Source: Octopus sinensis
Taxonomy: Eukaryota
Direction of reading: 5' to 3'
DNA length: 64,000 nt
NCBI RefSeq assembly: GCF_006345805.1
Contig: NC_043013.1
Location: 43,834,001 to 43,898,000 of the forward strand
Shown: one piece after another, positions 1-13,867 of the stretch
How positions within the stretch are numbered: the stretch's first letter is position 1
Layout of the letters: each line of letters starts with the position of its first letter
Program-made: the position numbers and the translations under genes
Notes under the pieces: generated by a model
What the model was told of the DNA's origin: nothing
The model's input: the letters and a program-made list of their open reading frames with translations, nothing else
Databases searched by the model: none

Positions 1-365
1 GGGACAAAGAAAGGGATTAAGTCGATTACATCAACCCCAGTGTGTAACTGGTACTTAATTTATCGACCCTGAAAGGATGAAAGGCAAAGTCGACCTCGGC
101 GGAATTTGAACTCGGAATGTAACGCCAGACAAAATACCTATTTCTTTACTATCCACAAGGGGCTAAACACAGAGAGGACAAACAACGACAGACAAGCGGA
201 TTAAGTCAATTATATTGACCCCAGTGCATAACTGGTACTTAATTTATTGACCCCGAAGGATGAAAGGCAAAGTTGACCTTGGCGGAATTTGAACTCAGAA
301 CGTAGCCGCAGACAAAATACCACTGAGCATTTCACCCGGCGTGCTAACGTTTCTGCCAGCTCAGC
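1..365 (-). mobile_element. tRNA-derived SINE, family 1, multimeric copy cut by the window edge
   Basis: Repeated body GGCAAAGTCGACCTCGGCGGAATTTGAACTC..; the minus strand gives head GCTGGCAGAAACGTTAGCA (A box) and GAGTTCAAATTCC (B box). Dozens of copies in the window. Confidence 0.8.
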
Positions 366-685
366 ACCTTCATTTCAGTTTCTGTCAACCAAATCCACTC
401 ACAAGACTTTGGTTAGCCCAGGACTATAGAAGACACTTGCCCACAGATAAAATAAATACCAGGCTTAAAAAAAACAAAATGTACCGGGGGTTGATTCATT
501 TGACTAAAAGTTCTCCAAGGCTGTGCCCCAGCATGGTCACAGTTTAATGACTGAAACAAGTAAACGATAAAAAACGAAAGATATAATTTTAAAATTTTTT
601 TATAAACATGGAATGGCTATGAGGGTCCACCTGAGTAAAATAGGGATCAAAGGGTTCTATACATAAAAAATGGATTTATGGATTA

Positions 686-1198
686 CCGTAAATCCTCGAG
701 TGTAGTCCGCCCTTGAGTATAATACGCAGGGGATTTTTAGGGGGCTGTACCTCTGAAACACCTAAACCCTGTGTATAATACGCACCCCTTCTCTAACTTG
801 AGTCAAGGAGGTCTATATAACGTCCTTGGTTTGTAAAACTGTATACGGTAACATACTTTATTATCATTGTATATATAACATAATGCAAACTTGTAGCTTT
901 TTTGTGCATTTTGTTTGCAGAAAATAAAGAAATAACAGTAATAACGTTTAATAAATGTTGCTTACTGCAAGTTATGGACGATTCTTTTATGACTTCATTG
1001 CTTTCAGGCTTAGCTTAAGGTATTTTCGCGCCCGACATCACAAAATGCGTCTGAATAAACATTGCCGGACAGCAAATAGAGACTTGGACATTACTTAGAA
1101 AATATTTTTCATTTTTAACCTCGTATATAGTACGCACTAGGGATTTTGACCTTTAAATTTTTTGGGGAAAAATGCAGATTATACTCGAGGATTTACGG
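686..1198. mobile_element. Tc1/mariner-superfamily MITE, about 510 bp
   Basis: TIR CCGTAAATCCTCGAGT..ACTCGAGGATTTACGG with TA on both sides; homologous copies at 34378-34899 and about 62323-62833. Confidence 0.85.
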
Positions 1199-1544
1199 TA
1201 CACCTAATAAACTTAACTGACTACCTTCACATCACAGAAGTCGGCTTAGTCAAATCTGATCTGGAACTAAAACTAAACTAAATTAAGTAACCATTATAAT
1301 TTGAGGATATTTTTTAGTACTTCATGAGAACAAAAGAAAAATAAATAAAAAGACCAAAAATGCAAAAAAATGAAGACAACAAAAGCTATTTCATATGTTA
1401 TTTATGGCTACAATGATGAATTGTATGAATTTATTCATAATTTTTTTCCACGCAATATCAATACTTAATAATAACCCATATTTGTTTCATGTTTAACAAT
1501 ATTCCAAGTGCTTTGTCAGATCAATAATACAACAATCAGAAACA

Positions 1545-1590
<46 letters not shown>

Positions 1591-3978
1591 TGCTTTGTTT
1601 TCATTATCTTTATCCTTTCCTTCTTTTCTTCTCCTCTGGGTTTCTGTTATCATTTTGGCTTTTTTGTTTTGTTTTGGGTTTTTTTATATTCTGTTTTGTT
1701 TTCTTCAGTTGTTTGAGGAGTTGGACGGACATTCTTAAGTTATAATATATATATTTAAAAAAAATATATATCGTGAATGAAAAAAAAGGGTGTATGAAAA
1801 TTTTGTACAAAAATGATTACAAAGAAGGTATATTTGCTGTTTCTTTGACATATTTTTCTTTCTTTTTTTTTCTTAAAAACAAAAACAAACAAAAAAATGG
1901 TTAAAAAACAATTTGTGGACATTGATAGATTTAAAAAAAACAAAAACAGAAACAAGACAAAATAATAACTTTTTGTTTTAAAGTAAACATTTGGGACGGG
2001 GTAGGGGGCAGGGTCAGAGTTGAAAAATATGAAGATTTAAAAAAATATTTGTTCCAGTGTTTTAGGAAAACAAGATTTATACTTTGGTATTTAGATGAGC
2101 AATTTGGAAGAACTTTAAGGAACCATCCAAGAAAATAATGATTTCAAATTTTGGCACAAGGCCAGCAATTTCGAGGGAGAGGGTAAGTTGATTACATTGA
2201 CCCCAGTACTCAACTGGTACTTATTTTATTGACCCTGAAAGAATGAAAGGCAAAGTTGACCTGGGCGGGATTTGAACTCAGAACGTAGTGACTGGCAAAA
2301 TACTGCTAAGTATTTTGTCCAGCATGCTAACAATACTGCCAGCTTGCCTTTAAAAATAGTAATCTTTTCTACTATTGGTAGAAGGCTTGGAATTTGTAGG
2401 GATGGGGGATGGTCGATTACATCGACCCCAGTTCTTGACTGGTACTTATTTTATCGACCCCAAAAAGATGAAAGGCAAAGTCAACCTTGGCAGAATTTGA
2501 ACTCAGAACATAGCGACAGATGAAATACTGCTTAGCATTTCGCCCGACATGCTAACAATTCTTTCAAATAATAATAATAATAATTTCAGATTTTAGAAGA
2601 TTGCTGCTGTTGTTTAGCCATTGGTCTACTTCGATCAAGCAGACCTATGATCAAAGACATTGAAACTGTGACCATGGGCTGTATTCTTTTCTACTCTAGG
2701 CACAAAGCCCAATCCCGAAATTTTCTTGTGGGGAGGTGGCCAGTCGATTAGATTGCCTTCAGTATGCAACTGGTACTTAATTTATTGATCCTGAAAGGAT
2801 GAAAGACAAAGTCCACCTCGGTTGAACCCAGAATGTAAAGATAGACGAAATACTAAGCATTTCACTGTGTGCTAACGTTTCTACCAGCTCACCGGCTTGT
2901 GACCATGAATTATATTATCGTATGTATTGTACTCTAGTGATGTGAACTATAAAGGTGTGATTGGAGGGAGATTTGGCTTCTATTTATAGTGGACTGAGCA
3001 ACCATATAAAACAGTGGTTCTTAACTTTTCTTTTTGTAGCATCCCCTTTTAAGCAGCTGTTATGCCTAGTCCCACCTATGTGGCGAGTGAGGTATCCCAC
3101 TATGGTGTGGTAAACTTACAGACCCTAGACTAGATTGCAAATCCTCTGTACCCCAGGATGGTTCAGCTCTCCACCCGTTAAAACTACCGTTTAAGGAATG
3201 AGGATAACAACGTAGCTTTCGCGCCCGTGCAACTGCCAGTCTATCGTGTGTGGTGGGTGGATCTTCAAGTTGCCACACGCATTCTTAGTAGCTTAGAGTA
3301 GGCTTCAATTAGAGATTATTCTTTGTGGCTAATGGCTTGAGTCCTGATAAGGAGGAGAAGTTACTGCCGGGTGTTTACAGAGTCTAAACTTTTGATATCA
3401 ATTCCTTGTCATGGACGTGGAGAAGGAAATGAGGAAAAAATATAAGTGGCTAGGTTTCTTTTTTTTTTTTCCCCCTCCCATCCCTTGAATCGAATCAGCT
3501 TTTCATTGATACAAGGGGACACTTTTAACCGCTGACAAACTAAAGGGAGATAAACACGAGGAAACAAAAATAACTGAAAATTCCTCAGCTTAATGTTCCA
3601 CTTATGTACATTTCCATATTTGTTTGTATCTCCACAAACTACAGGTTAAATTTAGGGAGTTTAAGTCAGCACATATTTGGATATACTTATGGGTTTGAAG
3701 ACTAAAGTATTTGCCAAATCTCAACATGTATTTGAATATATCATTACCATTTTAATGTCCACTTTTCCAGGCTTGGGTCGAACAGTTTGTTGACATGGGT
3801 TTTCTACAGCTGGATGCCCTTCCTGCTGCCAACTGTTGCCTGATTCAAACTAAGGTAATATTTCCACCAAGACCAAGACCAGACATGTTTCTCACAGACA
3901 ATTGGAAACAAACGAAACCTTTTTCATTATGGTGACACTCACATACAACTATCATGTGGTGTGAAGGCAAAGGAACAC

Positions 3979-4017
<39 letters not shown>

Positions 4018-4649
4018 ATGGACTTCTTTCAGCTTCCATCTACCAAATCCACTCACTTTGGTCGGCCTGGGGCTATAATAGAAGTCACTTGCTCACATTG
4101 GGTTTGAACCTGAAATCATGTGGTCGGGAAACAAATTTCTTAGCACACAGCATAAACATTCTTACAAGTCTCTTGCTCTCTTTCTTTCTGTTTTTATATG
4201 CAGACACATTTGTAAATAGAACTAAGTCTATGTGGTTAGAATGGGATAGGAAAACAAAAATTAAGTCACTGTTAGTGTTATTATAGAGACATGTCATTAG
4301 CACCTTTAAGAAATGTGGGATGAAGTGTAAAGATATATGAAGATCTCTATCACAGATCTGAAGTAGACAAGATACTATGAAAGCAGATCAGTGGAAGATT
4401 TATTTACTTTTTATAGTCTTTGTTTATTTTATATATTTCCCACAAATTAATATCAGCATTTTACAGATGAATGCTCTTTCTTATTCACAACAAGCCAAGC
4501 ATAAAGTAAGGAGCTACTGGAGTCAGTTTATAATTATTATTGTTGTTGTTGTTGTTATGTTCAGTCAAGCACATTAAAGCAGGCAAACTTATGTACTTAG
4601 GTTTGTGGAAACATCATAAAATTAAGCAAGAAATGAAAAAGGCTGTGAG

Positions 4650-5055
4650 CTAGCAGAAACGTTAGCATGCCGGACGAAATGCTAAGCGGTATTTCGTCTG
4701 CTGTTACGATCTAAGTTCAAATTCTGCCGAGGTTGACTTTGCCTTTCATCCTTTCGGGGTCAATTAAATAAGTACCAGTTATGCACTGGGGTTGATGTAA
4801 TCGACTTAATCCGTGTGTCTGTCGTTGTTTGTCCCCTCTGTGTTTAGCCCCTTGTGGGTAGTAAAGAAATAGGTATTTCGTCTGCTGTTACGTTCTGAGT
4901 TCAAATTCTGCCAAGGTCGACTTTGCCTTTCATCCTTTCGGGGTCGATAAATTAAGTACCAGTTACACACTGGGGTCGATGTAATCGTTGATCCCTTTGT
5001 CTGTCCTTGTTTGTCCCCTCTGTGTGTAGTCCCTTGTGGGCAATAAAGAAATAAG
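4650..5055 (+). mobile_element. SINE family 1, dimeric copy
   Basis: Head GAGCTAGCAGAAACGTTAGCA followed by two tandem body units. Confidence 0.8.
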
Positions 5056-5474
5056 GAGTGAAATACAAACTAGCCACATCTGACATATATTCTACCTGTT
5101 TTATGTTCAATTTGGTCAGATCCAGCCTTTCACAACTACTCTACTATATCGTTATAAAAATAAACAATCACATAATCAAAATCTTGAAGCTACAAGATAA
5201 TGCTGGATTAATTCAAAACAATATAAATAAATAATCTTTACATTTGAAAGATTAATTTGAATGCTAAAGGATTAAACTTACAACTATCATACACTGTAAT
5301 AGCTTTAAAATGTTAATGATATTTTTGATTATCCCTAGATCAACCCTGACTCAACAGACCTATGATGAAAGTTACTCAAACCATGACTTTGTATTTCTCT
5401 ATGTATGTATACGTACATACCATAGGCAAGACACAGAACATTTAATCATCGTTGTCATCATCATCATCATTTAA

Positions 5475-6033
5475 CCCTTTCATTACCAACCCAGCTAAAA
5501 CCGGCTCTGGCTCTGAGTACAAATGTCTTGTTTTCATAAGTTTTGAATTAAAATCTTCCACCAAACCTTAGTCACAATTTATATTCCTAACACTAGCTGA
5601 ATGATAACTAAGTTATTTTACTAAACTCTTTTGTGTTTGGGGAGAGTCATTTTCTTTTTGTACCTTATTTAACACGCTCACCGGTAAAATTTCCACTTAT
5701 TTCTTATTTTTATTTTCCTAAAATTTCCGTTGCATCTTGCAACCTTTTCAATAGTTTTGACTCTCAAGGCTATTGAAAAGGTTGCAAGACGCAACAAAAA
5801 TTTTAGGAGAATAAAAATAAGAAATAAGTGGAAATTTTACTGGTGAGTATGTTAAATAATAAGGCACAAAAAGAAAATGACTCTCCCCAGACACAACAGA
5901 ATATGCTTCAACACACAAACTCATATAAAAAATCTTGCAAACCAAATCCAAAAACGAAACTAAATTCTTTGTTATATTTAAAGTAATTGAAAGAAACACA
6001 GAGCATCTCAAAATAAATACAGTAACGAAAGGG
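5475..6033. mobile_element. piggyBac-like MITE carrying a nested foldback insertion
   Basis: TTAA|CCCTTT..AAAGGG|TTAA ends; an uninterrupted homolog lies at 38075-38299. Confidence 0.75.
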
Positions 6034-6953
6034 TTAATATTTGTTTTCCATGCTGGCATTGGTTGGACGGTTTGACCAGGGTTGGCAAGCTGTAGAGTTA
6101 CACCTGTCTGATTTGGCTTGGTGCCCTCTTTAAGGCTAACCACTTTATACAGTCTGTTGGGTGGTTTTTACATGGCACAAAGACTAATATGTGACTAAAA
6201 TCCAATTACCCCATGTCCATAATACATTACTTGTGCATTATTCGATGTTTGCTTGAATTTATTGCCGATTCATACATCTATATCAATACATTGTATCTAC
6301 TGCAAAAGACAAACTTAGATGATGCCAATCTATCTCTCTTTCTTTCACACACACACACATGTACTATAATGGTTCTGTGTGATTGATATAACTGGATGAA
6401 ATAGAAAACAAGGCACTGTTGGTTCCATAACATAGATATTGTCATTGACATAATTAAGGAAAGCAATACATTGAAGTGTTGAGGCATTATATGGTCTATA
6501 ATGGCAGACCAGTGGTAGACAGGGTACTATAAAAACAGATAAGAGAAAGAGAAGTCAGTGAGAATGGGGAAAGGGGAGAGAAACAGAAGAGAGACAAACA
6601 GACAGAGCAATAATCCTATGGAGTCAATGTTAGAACTTACTGGAAGACAGGATATTATTGTGTGGGGGTGTGAGAGAGGGAGAGAGAGAAATATCATATT
6701 TGTCTATTTTCATATTTGTATATATAATACTTTTTGGGTAACTTCTGAACTTTTTTGCATGTAGAACAAGTTTTCTTTCTATTTTTTTTTTACCTCTAAG
6801 TGGACTTCAAATATTAATTCTTAAAATAAAAGAATATAAAAATTTATTACTTTTTGAATTTTCACCAAGACTTCTACATATTTTAATATCAAAAGAAAAT
6901 GAAAGCAAGATAAAACATAAAATGCTGGAGAGAACCATCATCATCATTTAAAG

Positions 6954-7195
6954 CAGTAGTTCTTAACCGGGGTCCACATAAGATTTTGTTATTAGAATTT
7001 ATGTGCAATAATTTGCTTATAATTCTGCAATACACAAAATATTTAAATTTTTTTAAAAATACAATTCCTAATAATATTTAATTATAAAAATACAGTAGGA
7101 TTTTTTTTATCTACATCAAATGGCTATGGAATCCAATAGAGTAAAATAGGGGTCAGAGGGGCCTGTAGGTAAACAAAATGGTTGGAAAACCACTG
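6954..7195. mobile_element. hAT-like MITE
   Basis: CAGTAGTT..AACCACTG ends, perfect 8-bp TSD ATTTAAAG; related fragments near 580-680 and 63880-64000. Confidence 0.85.
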
Positions 7196-10100
7196 ATTTA
7201 AAGTCTACTTTTCCATGGTTGCATGGCTCAGATGGAATTTGTTTAGACAAGTTTTATACAGTCAGATGCCTTCCCTGATGTTAGCTCTCACTCGTTTCCA
7301 TGCAAGGTAATATTTCCCTTGGTCTGACATTTTCCACAAAAGACGGGGAAAAAAACACCACTTCTGGACTGATGCTTATTTACAACTGTCATGTGACATC
7401 CAAATAAAGATGCACAAATTAAAAAAAAATCACTCACATACATACACACACACACACAAACGAGGGAAAATTTTATTTGAAGAATTTGAATAAAGCAGCT
7501 GATATTTTCATGGCTTTAATATATTAGTTTATAATATTTCCGCCGAGGTCAACTTTGCCTTTCATCCTTTTGGGGTTGATAAAATAACTACCAGTTATTG
7601 TAATTGACTAACCCCGCTCCCCCCAAATTGCCGACCTTGTACCAAAATTTTAAACCAATATATTGGTTTATAATATCAGAGGTCAAAGAAAGACAAATAG
7701 CTATAATTGCACTGTGCGGTTTATCTTTAAAGAAAGAACTGCGGAACTTGGTGTAGGAGTGTAACGAAAGATAGAAACGTATCACTAATGCCAAGTACTG
7801 AAAGATAATTTAGCCTGGTGCTTTAGTATTTCTATAACTCCACCACCTTTGCTAGTTTATAATGTTAGAGATTACGGGTTGATGAGGTTTCTACATATAA
7901 GTGATACAGCAGTTTTATCTTTATTGGCTCAGCACTGTATTTGTAACATGCCTCAGGTCTTGACAGTTTGTATTATATTGCCCACATTGCATTGTATTTT
8001 AGACAGAGCATTTGACTATTTGTATACTCCAGGCGAGTACAAGAATATCCAGACAAGTGATTAAATACTTGCCTGGGTCATACAAGCAAAGCTGGAAAGT
8101 AAGAAAGTAAAGCAAAGAGAAGAATACCACTACTACACTAAGTAAATTCATAAAAAAAAAAAAATTATTTGCACAGGCACACACAATACACAAAATAGCT
8201 TTGGTAGACAGCTATGCCGGAGGAAGACCAGTTACAAATGATAATTAGAGCAGTGATAGTTATGTTAATGTGGTGGTGGTGGTGGTGGTGGTTGTGGTGG
8301 CTTATCATAAGTAGTGTACTTGTGGACAGAACAATATGTCAGCAATTAAAGTATTGTAATTAAGGCTATTCAAATGTAAGAGTGGCTGTTGGGATGTAAA
8401 ATATAGGAATAGTGTGCTGTTGTTTTACTGTTGTATTGGGTGATTGTTAGAGTATTGTTAAGAGCTTGGTACGAACCCAACCACATGGTTTCAGGTTCAG
8501 TTCCGCTGCATGGGACCTTGGGTAAGAATCTTCTGCTATAGCCTCAGGCTGACCAAAGCCTTGTGAGTGGACTTGGCAGATGGTAAGTGCCCATCGTGTG
8601 TGTATATATATATATGTGTGTGTGTGTATGTATATATGTGTATGTGTATGTATGTGTATATATGTGTATGTATATATATGTATAATGTGTGTATATATAT
8701 GTATGTGTATATGTGTGTGTGTATATATATATATATAGAGGGAGAGAGAGAAAGGGAGAGAGGTGTGCGTGTCTTTGCGTACATGTTTGCCCCCTACCAC
8801 TGCTTAACAGCCAGTGTTGGTGTGTTTATGTCCCTGTAACTTGGCAGTTCAGCAAAAGGTACTGATAGAATAAGCACCGGGCTCAAAAGAAACAAATACT
8901 TGAGTCAATTGATTCGACTAAAAAATGTGGTGCCCCAGCATGGCCACAATCTAATAACTGAAACAAGTGAAAGATTAGAGCTAATATGGGTATAACCTGG
9001 AATATTACAGTGACAGTTGAACTGATATTCAAAGTATTAGAGTAATAACTGTTGGTTACATTTGCATATCAAAAACTGACGCAGCGTGGTAGTTGATGTA
9101 GAAGTGTAATGAGTGATACGAATAATCATTGGTGTGGTTCTTGTACGAATGAGTAAATCACTGGATACATTCTGTTCTGCTAACAAAGACGACAAAGGAG
9201 AGATAAGGAAAGAAGAAAAAGCAGTTTAGTGATGGAACATTAAGCATGAAATTAATATTTGCCCTGGAAGTTCACAGTAACAAAGTGAACCTTTCAAGCA
9301 TGGGAATGAATGAATAAATACATAAATAACCTTGACTAAACGGCCTAATGTTCCAAGTGTAATTACTCCACATGCCATGGGGTATGTAATGGGTGTGTGT
9401 GATATGTGAGTGGTGAATTGGCAGGTAGTAGTGTGGCTAAGGGGAGGTGAGAGGGGTGGTTGGCTCCCAGCTGACGCATTTTATGGGGACAAGATTTTTG
9501 GGGCCTGTTGTATAAGCCTGCATAAACTTTGGTGGAGGGCCCAGGGTGAAAGGAGCAAACTCAAGGCTGTACCACTCCTGGCAGGGTGGAGTCATTAGAC
9601 CTAATGGTAGACAGAAACTGAAAGAAGCCTGTCGTGTGTGTGTGTGTGTGCAGTGTGTGATACATAAGTGGTGAACTGGCAGACAGTAGCATAGCTAAGG
9701 GGAGGTGAGTGGGGTGGTCTGCCACCCCAGGTTGTGCTTCTTATGGGGCACGACTTTTGAGCCTGCTATATAAGCCTACATAAGGGCAGGGTGAGAGGAG
9801 CAGTCATTAGACAAGGCCTTATTTGTTCCTCTCTCTATACTCTAAGTTCAAATCCTGCCACATTCAGTTTTGCCTTTAATCTTTACAGGGTCCAAAAAAT
9901 TTTTTTTTTTAAAATCTGTTATACATTGGGGTTGATTTCTCTCTTTCTTTTTCTTGCAAGTGGCTACATTGTTCGGTGAAGAAAGCAATGCTGTGAATGG
10001 AGAACAACTTGAGGTTTCCTTTTCTTCCCAAATGGAGAAAGAGTCGAGCAGGAAAATGGTAACATCGTGTTAAAGATAAACTGGAAGCATCCAAGGACAG

Positions 10101-10213
10101 CTCAAGGTGTAGTACAACATAAAAGGGTAATAATTACTAATATTACTACTTCTAATAATAATAATAGTAATAATCATTATACTCATATATGTAGATGTGT
10201 GTGTGTATGTGTA

Positions 10214-10249
<36 letters not shown>

Positions 10250-10568
10250 TACATATATGTATATATCATTATTTCATGTCATTTCCCATGCTGGCATGGT
10301 TTCTATGGCTGGATGCCCTTCCTAACAACCACTCTACAGAGTGTACTGGGTCCTTTTTATATGGCAGTGTGCATATGTGTGTGTGTGCATGCATGTATGT
10401 ATATGTGTGTGTATATATATATATTTATTGTACTGCATTACCTCTGGATATCCTTGTTGCTTATTTTGATTATAATCACCCCATTTTGAATTATATGGAT
10501 AATACCATACTAAATTCTGGTGCATTTAACTTAAGTACCATATTCAACTGAATCTAAATTTTACTGAA

Positions 10569-10602
<34 letters not shown>

Positions 10603-11860
10603 CATACACATACAAATGTATATCCTCAGCACCATTATCGTTTTACATCACTTATCTATGGTGTCATCATTGGTGGCATGGGTATTCTAAGGCAGTGTTT
10701 AATGACCGCATGCTTTACATGTAGCCAACCCCTTTCAGTTGCTTTATATAACACTAGCACTATGACCCAGTAACGTCGGGTCATACTGCTAGTGCATGCA
10801 TATACAGCTGCATGCGTGCACACATACACGCGAGTACTGTCCAAATCTCCGACCAATCACATACAGCTAGCTGGCATTCAATTGGCGTATAAAGTTTTGG
10901 GCATTTTGATTGGGTTTTGGATAGAAAATTCACAAAAAAAGTCACTTCTATTGATTTTTTTAATGGCTTTGCAGGGTGACTGGGGAAATGTAAAGATGTG
11001 CACGACCACCCTTGGACGGTTTTAAATGACCATAGAAAGTGTAAGCCCTCTAACTGAAAAATTGTGGATTTGTATAAAGGACACACACAGACAGACATGT
11101 TGCCGTTTACATATAGAGAGATGCACAAATGTGATGTATCTCCTTTAAAACTGAGATACTGCTTCAACAGCTATGATGGAAGTGTCTCAAAGATTGTTGT
11201 GTTGATATTAGTAGACACTTGCTTTGGCTGTTTGATGCTAATTCAACTGAGAACATATCTTAACTTGAAACTGTGTCAGTAGCCATTGACTCCAAAGCTA
11301 AGGCACCACCAAAGAGACCTGTTCCACCATAGTCAGTGTCCCTACATAAGTATACTAAGGTAAAAACAGAGAGATAATTGATAAAACTGAAACAAAAGTC
11401 AAATCTGCACCAAACATTAGTTTGTACTGCAAGATAAACATTTTTAGCATGTCAAGTGACTGTGCCTGGTCAGGGAATTGAAACCACAACCTTATAGTTG
11501 TGAGTGCAACACCCCAAACCACTAAGCCACGTGTCTTCACTATGGTGATGTAGATAAACACAAAAATAAAGGAATAATGATAAAAAAAATAAGGGCCATT
11601 TTTGTCTTCTTTTCATTTTGCTTCTCTTATATATTTGATAGAAATTTTTCATTGGATATTTAATTATCAGACTGGCACAGCAGACCATATCGTTAGAGGT
11701 TGGGAGAACCTTAAGAAATTGTAACGTGCAAAGCATTACTGACTTTTGTTCCATCACTAGAACTATCATGTGTCTTTGGCAAAAACATTCAGTCTCCTGT
11801 CTCAACCAGCTTAGCTGCAATCAGTGATCAAAGTCAGCCATCAGGTACTCATCATCAGTG

Positions 11861-12240
11861 GAGGCGCAATGGCCCAGTGGTTAGGGCAGTGGACTCGCGG
11901 TCATAGGATCGCAGTTTCGATTCCCAGACCGGGTGTTGTGAGTGTTTATTGAGCGAAAACACCTAAAGCTCCATGAGGCTCCGGCAGGGGATGGTGGTGA
12001 TCCCTGCTGTACTCTTTCACCACAACTTTCTCTCACTCTTTCTTCCTGTTTCTGTTGTACCTGTATTTCAAGGGGCCGGCCTTGTCACTCTCTGTGTCAC
12101 GCTGAATATCCCCGAGAACTACGTTAAGGGTGCACGTGTCTGTGGAGTGCTCAGCCACTTACACGTTAATTTCACGAGCAGGCTGTTCCGTTGATTCGGA
12201 TCAACCGGAACCCTCGTCGTCGTAACCGACGGAGTGCTTC
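11861..12240 (+). mobile_element. tRNA-derived SINE, family 2
   Basis: Head GAGGCGCAATGGCCCAGTGGTTAGGG..GTTTCGATTCCC with A and B boxes. Relatives at about 22420-22765, 29295-29635, 36726-37065, 42480-42790 and 54585-54780 (+), and 31100-31355 and 39210-39542 (-). Confidence 0.8.
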
Positions 12241-13148
12241 CATCCACTCATCACCAGCATTATTACCCTCATTTTTACATCTGTTTTCTCTCTGCTAGTA
12301 TGAGTTGGAAGCAATTTATTAAAACAGTATTCTATAGCCTGATACCCTTCATGTTACTGATCTTTAACTGTTTTATTGTTTTTTTCATACGTACAATATT
12401 TTTATCCCATGTGAAAGCACATGGCCTAGTGGTTAGGACACTACACTCGCAATAGCTAGATCATCAAGGGTTTGATTCCTAGACTGGATGGTACATTGTG
12501 TTCTTGAACAAAACACTTCATTTCACATCGCTCCAGCCCACTCAACTGCAAATGGGGTAACCTTGCAATGGACTAACCTTCAGGTCAGCAGGAATGTTGG
12601 CCCGCCTGCCTAGCCAGTAGGGTGGCATCATTTGTAAGCTAAAAAAATGTGAAGCACATTGTTACCAGTGATGTATAACAATATCTGATAGGCTGGTCGA
12701 TACTGTGACTTTTATCCCACAGGCCTCCACATGTTGAAAATTGCAGGGCTATAGGGTGTATAGTTTATGGGCGAGACATAAACATATTGCCACCACCATG
12801 CACTGTCAATGTGAAGACACGAGTGAATGAACATTCATGCACACAGAACTAGCACTCTGGTGGTTATGACGATAAGGATTCCAGTTGATCAGGAACCCTT
12901 GTTGTCATAATGGAACGGTCTGCTCATGAAATTAACATGCAAGTGGACAAGCACACCACAGACACGTGAACCCTTCTCAAGGTTGGCCCTTTGAAACATA
13001 GGCACAATTCGTTTTGCGAGCTGAGTTGACTGGAGCAATGTGAAATAAACTGTTCAAGGACATAAAACACTGTTGGGTATTGAACTCACAACCTTTTGAT
13101 CAGGAGCTGAATACCCTAACCACTAAGCCATGTGCCTTCACATGCACG

Positions 13149-13150
<2 letters not shown>

Positions 13151-13202
<52 letters not shown>
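13151..13202. repeat. (CA)n microsatellite, representative of many CA/TA/CAT/TAA tracts
   Basis: Directly visible perfect dinucleotide run. Confidence 0.95.
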
Positions 13203-13205
<3 letters not shown>

Positions 13206-13221
13206 GTGTGTAATATATTTC

Positions 13222-13602
13222 TTTCATTTGTTTCAGTCATTTGACTGTGGCCATGCTGGAACACTGCCTTTAGTCGAACAAATCAACCCCAGGACTTATT
13301 CTTTGTAAGCCTAGTACTTATTCTATCGGTCCCTTTTGCAAAACTACTAAGTTACGGGGACATAAACACACCAACATCTGTTGTCAAGCGATGGTGGGAG
13401 GACAAACACAGACACACAAACATACATATACACACACATACGATGGGCTTCTTTCAGTTTCTGTCTACCAAATCCACCCACAAGGCTTTGGTTGGCCTGA
13501 GGTTATAGTGGAAACACATGCTCAAGGTGCTATGCGGTGGGACTGAACCTGAAACCATGTGGTTGGTAAGCAAGCTACTTACCACACAGCCACTCCTGCA
13601 TC
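13222..13602 (-). mobile_element. tRNA-derived SINE, family 3, with a CORE-like segment and internal TA/CA microsatellite
   Basis: Head AGGAGTGGCTGTGTGGTAAG..GGTTCAGTCCCAC and core-like CACCTTGGGCAAGTGTC. Copies at about 26030-26463, 37347-37745 and 50819-51222 (+), 57658-58077 (-), and many fragments. Confidence 0.75.
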
Positions 13603-13836
13603 TATAAATATATTTTATATATAAATATATTTTATATATATATATATATTCATTTATTTGTTTCAGTCATTTGACAGTAGCCATGCTGGAGCACCACCTG
13701 GAAGGGTGTTTGTGATACAAACAGGAAACAGAATTCAGAACTTGAGTATATATTTTTTATTATTAATCAGCAAAAATTAGTGACTCAACGGCCAAAAGTT
13801 TTTATGCATTGACCAGTGCCTGAAAACTCTTGCTGA

Positions 13837-13867
<31 letters not shown>

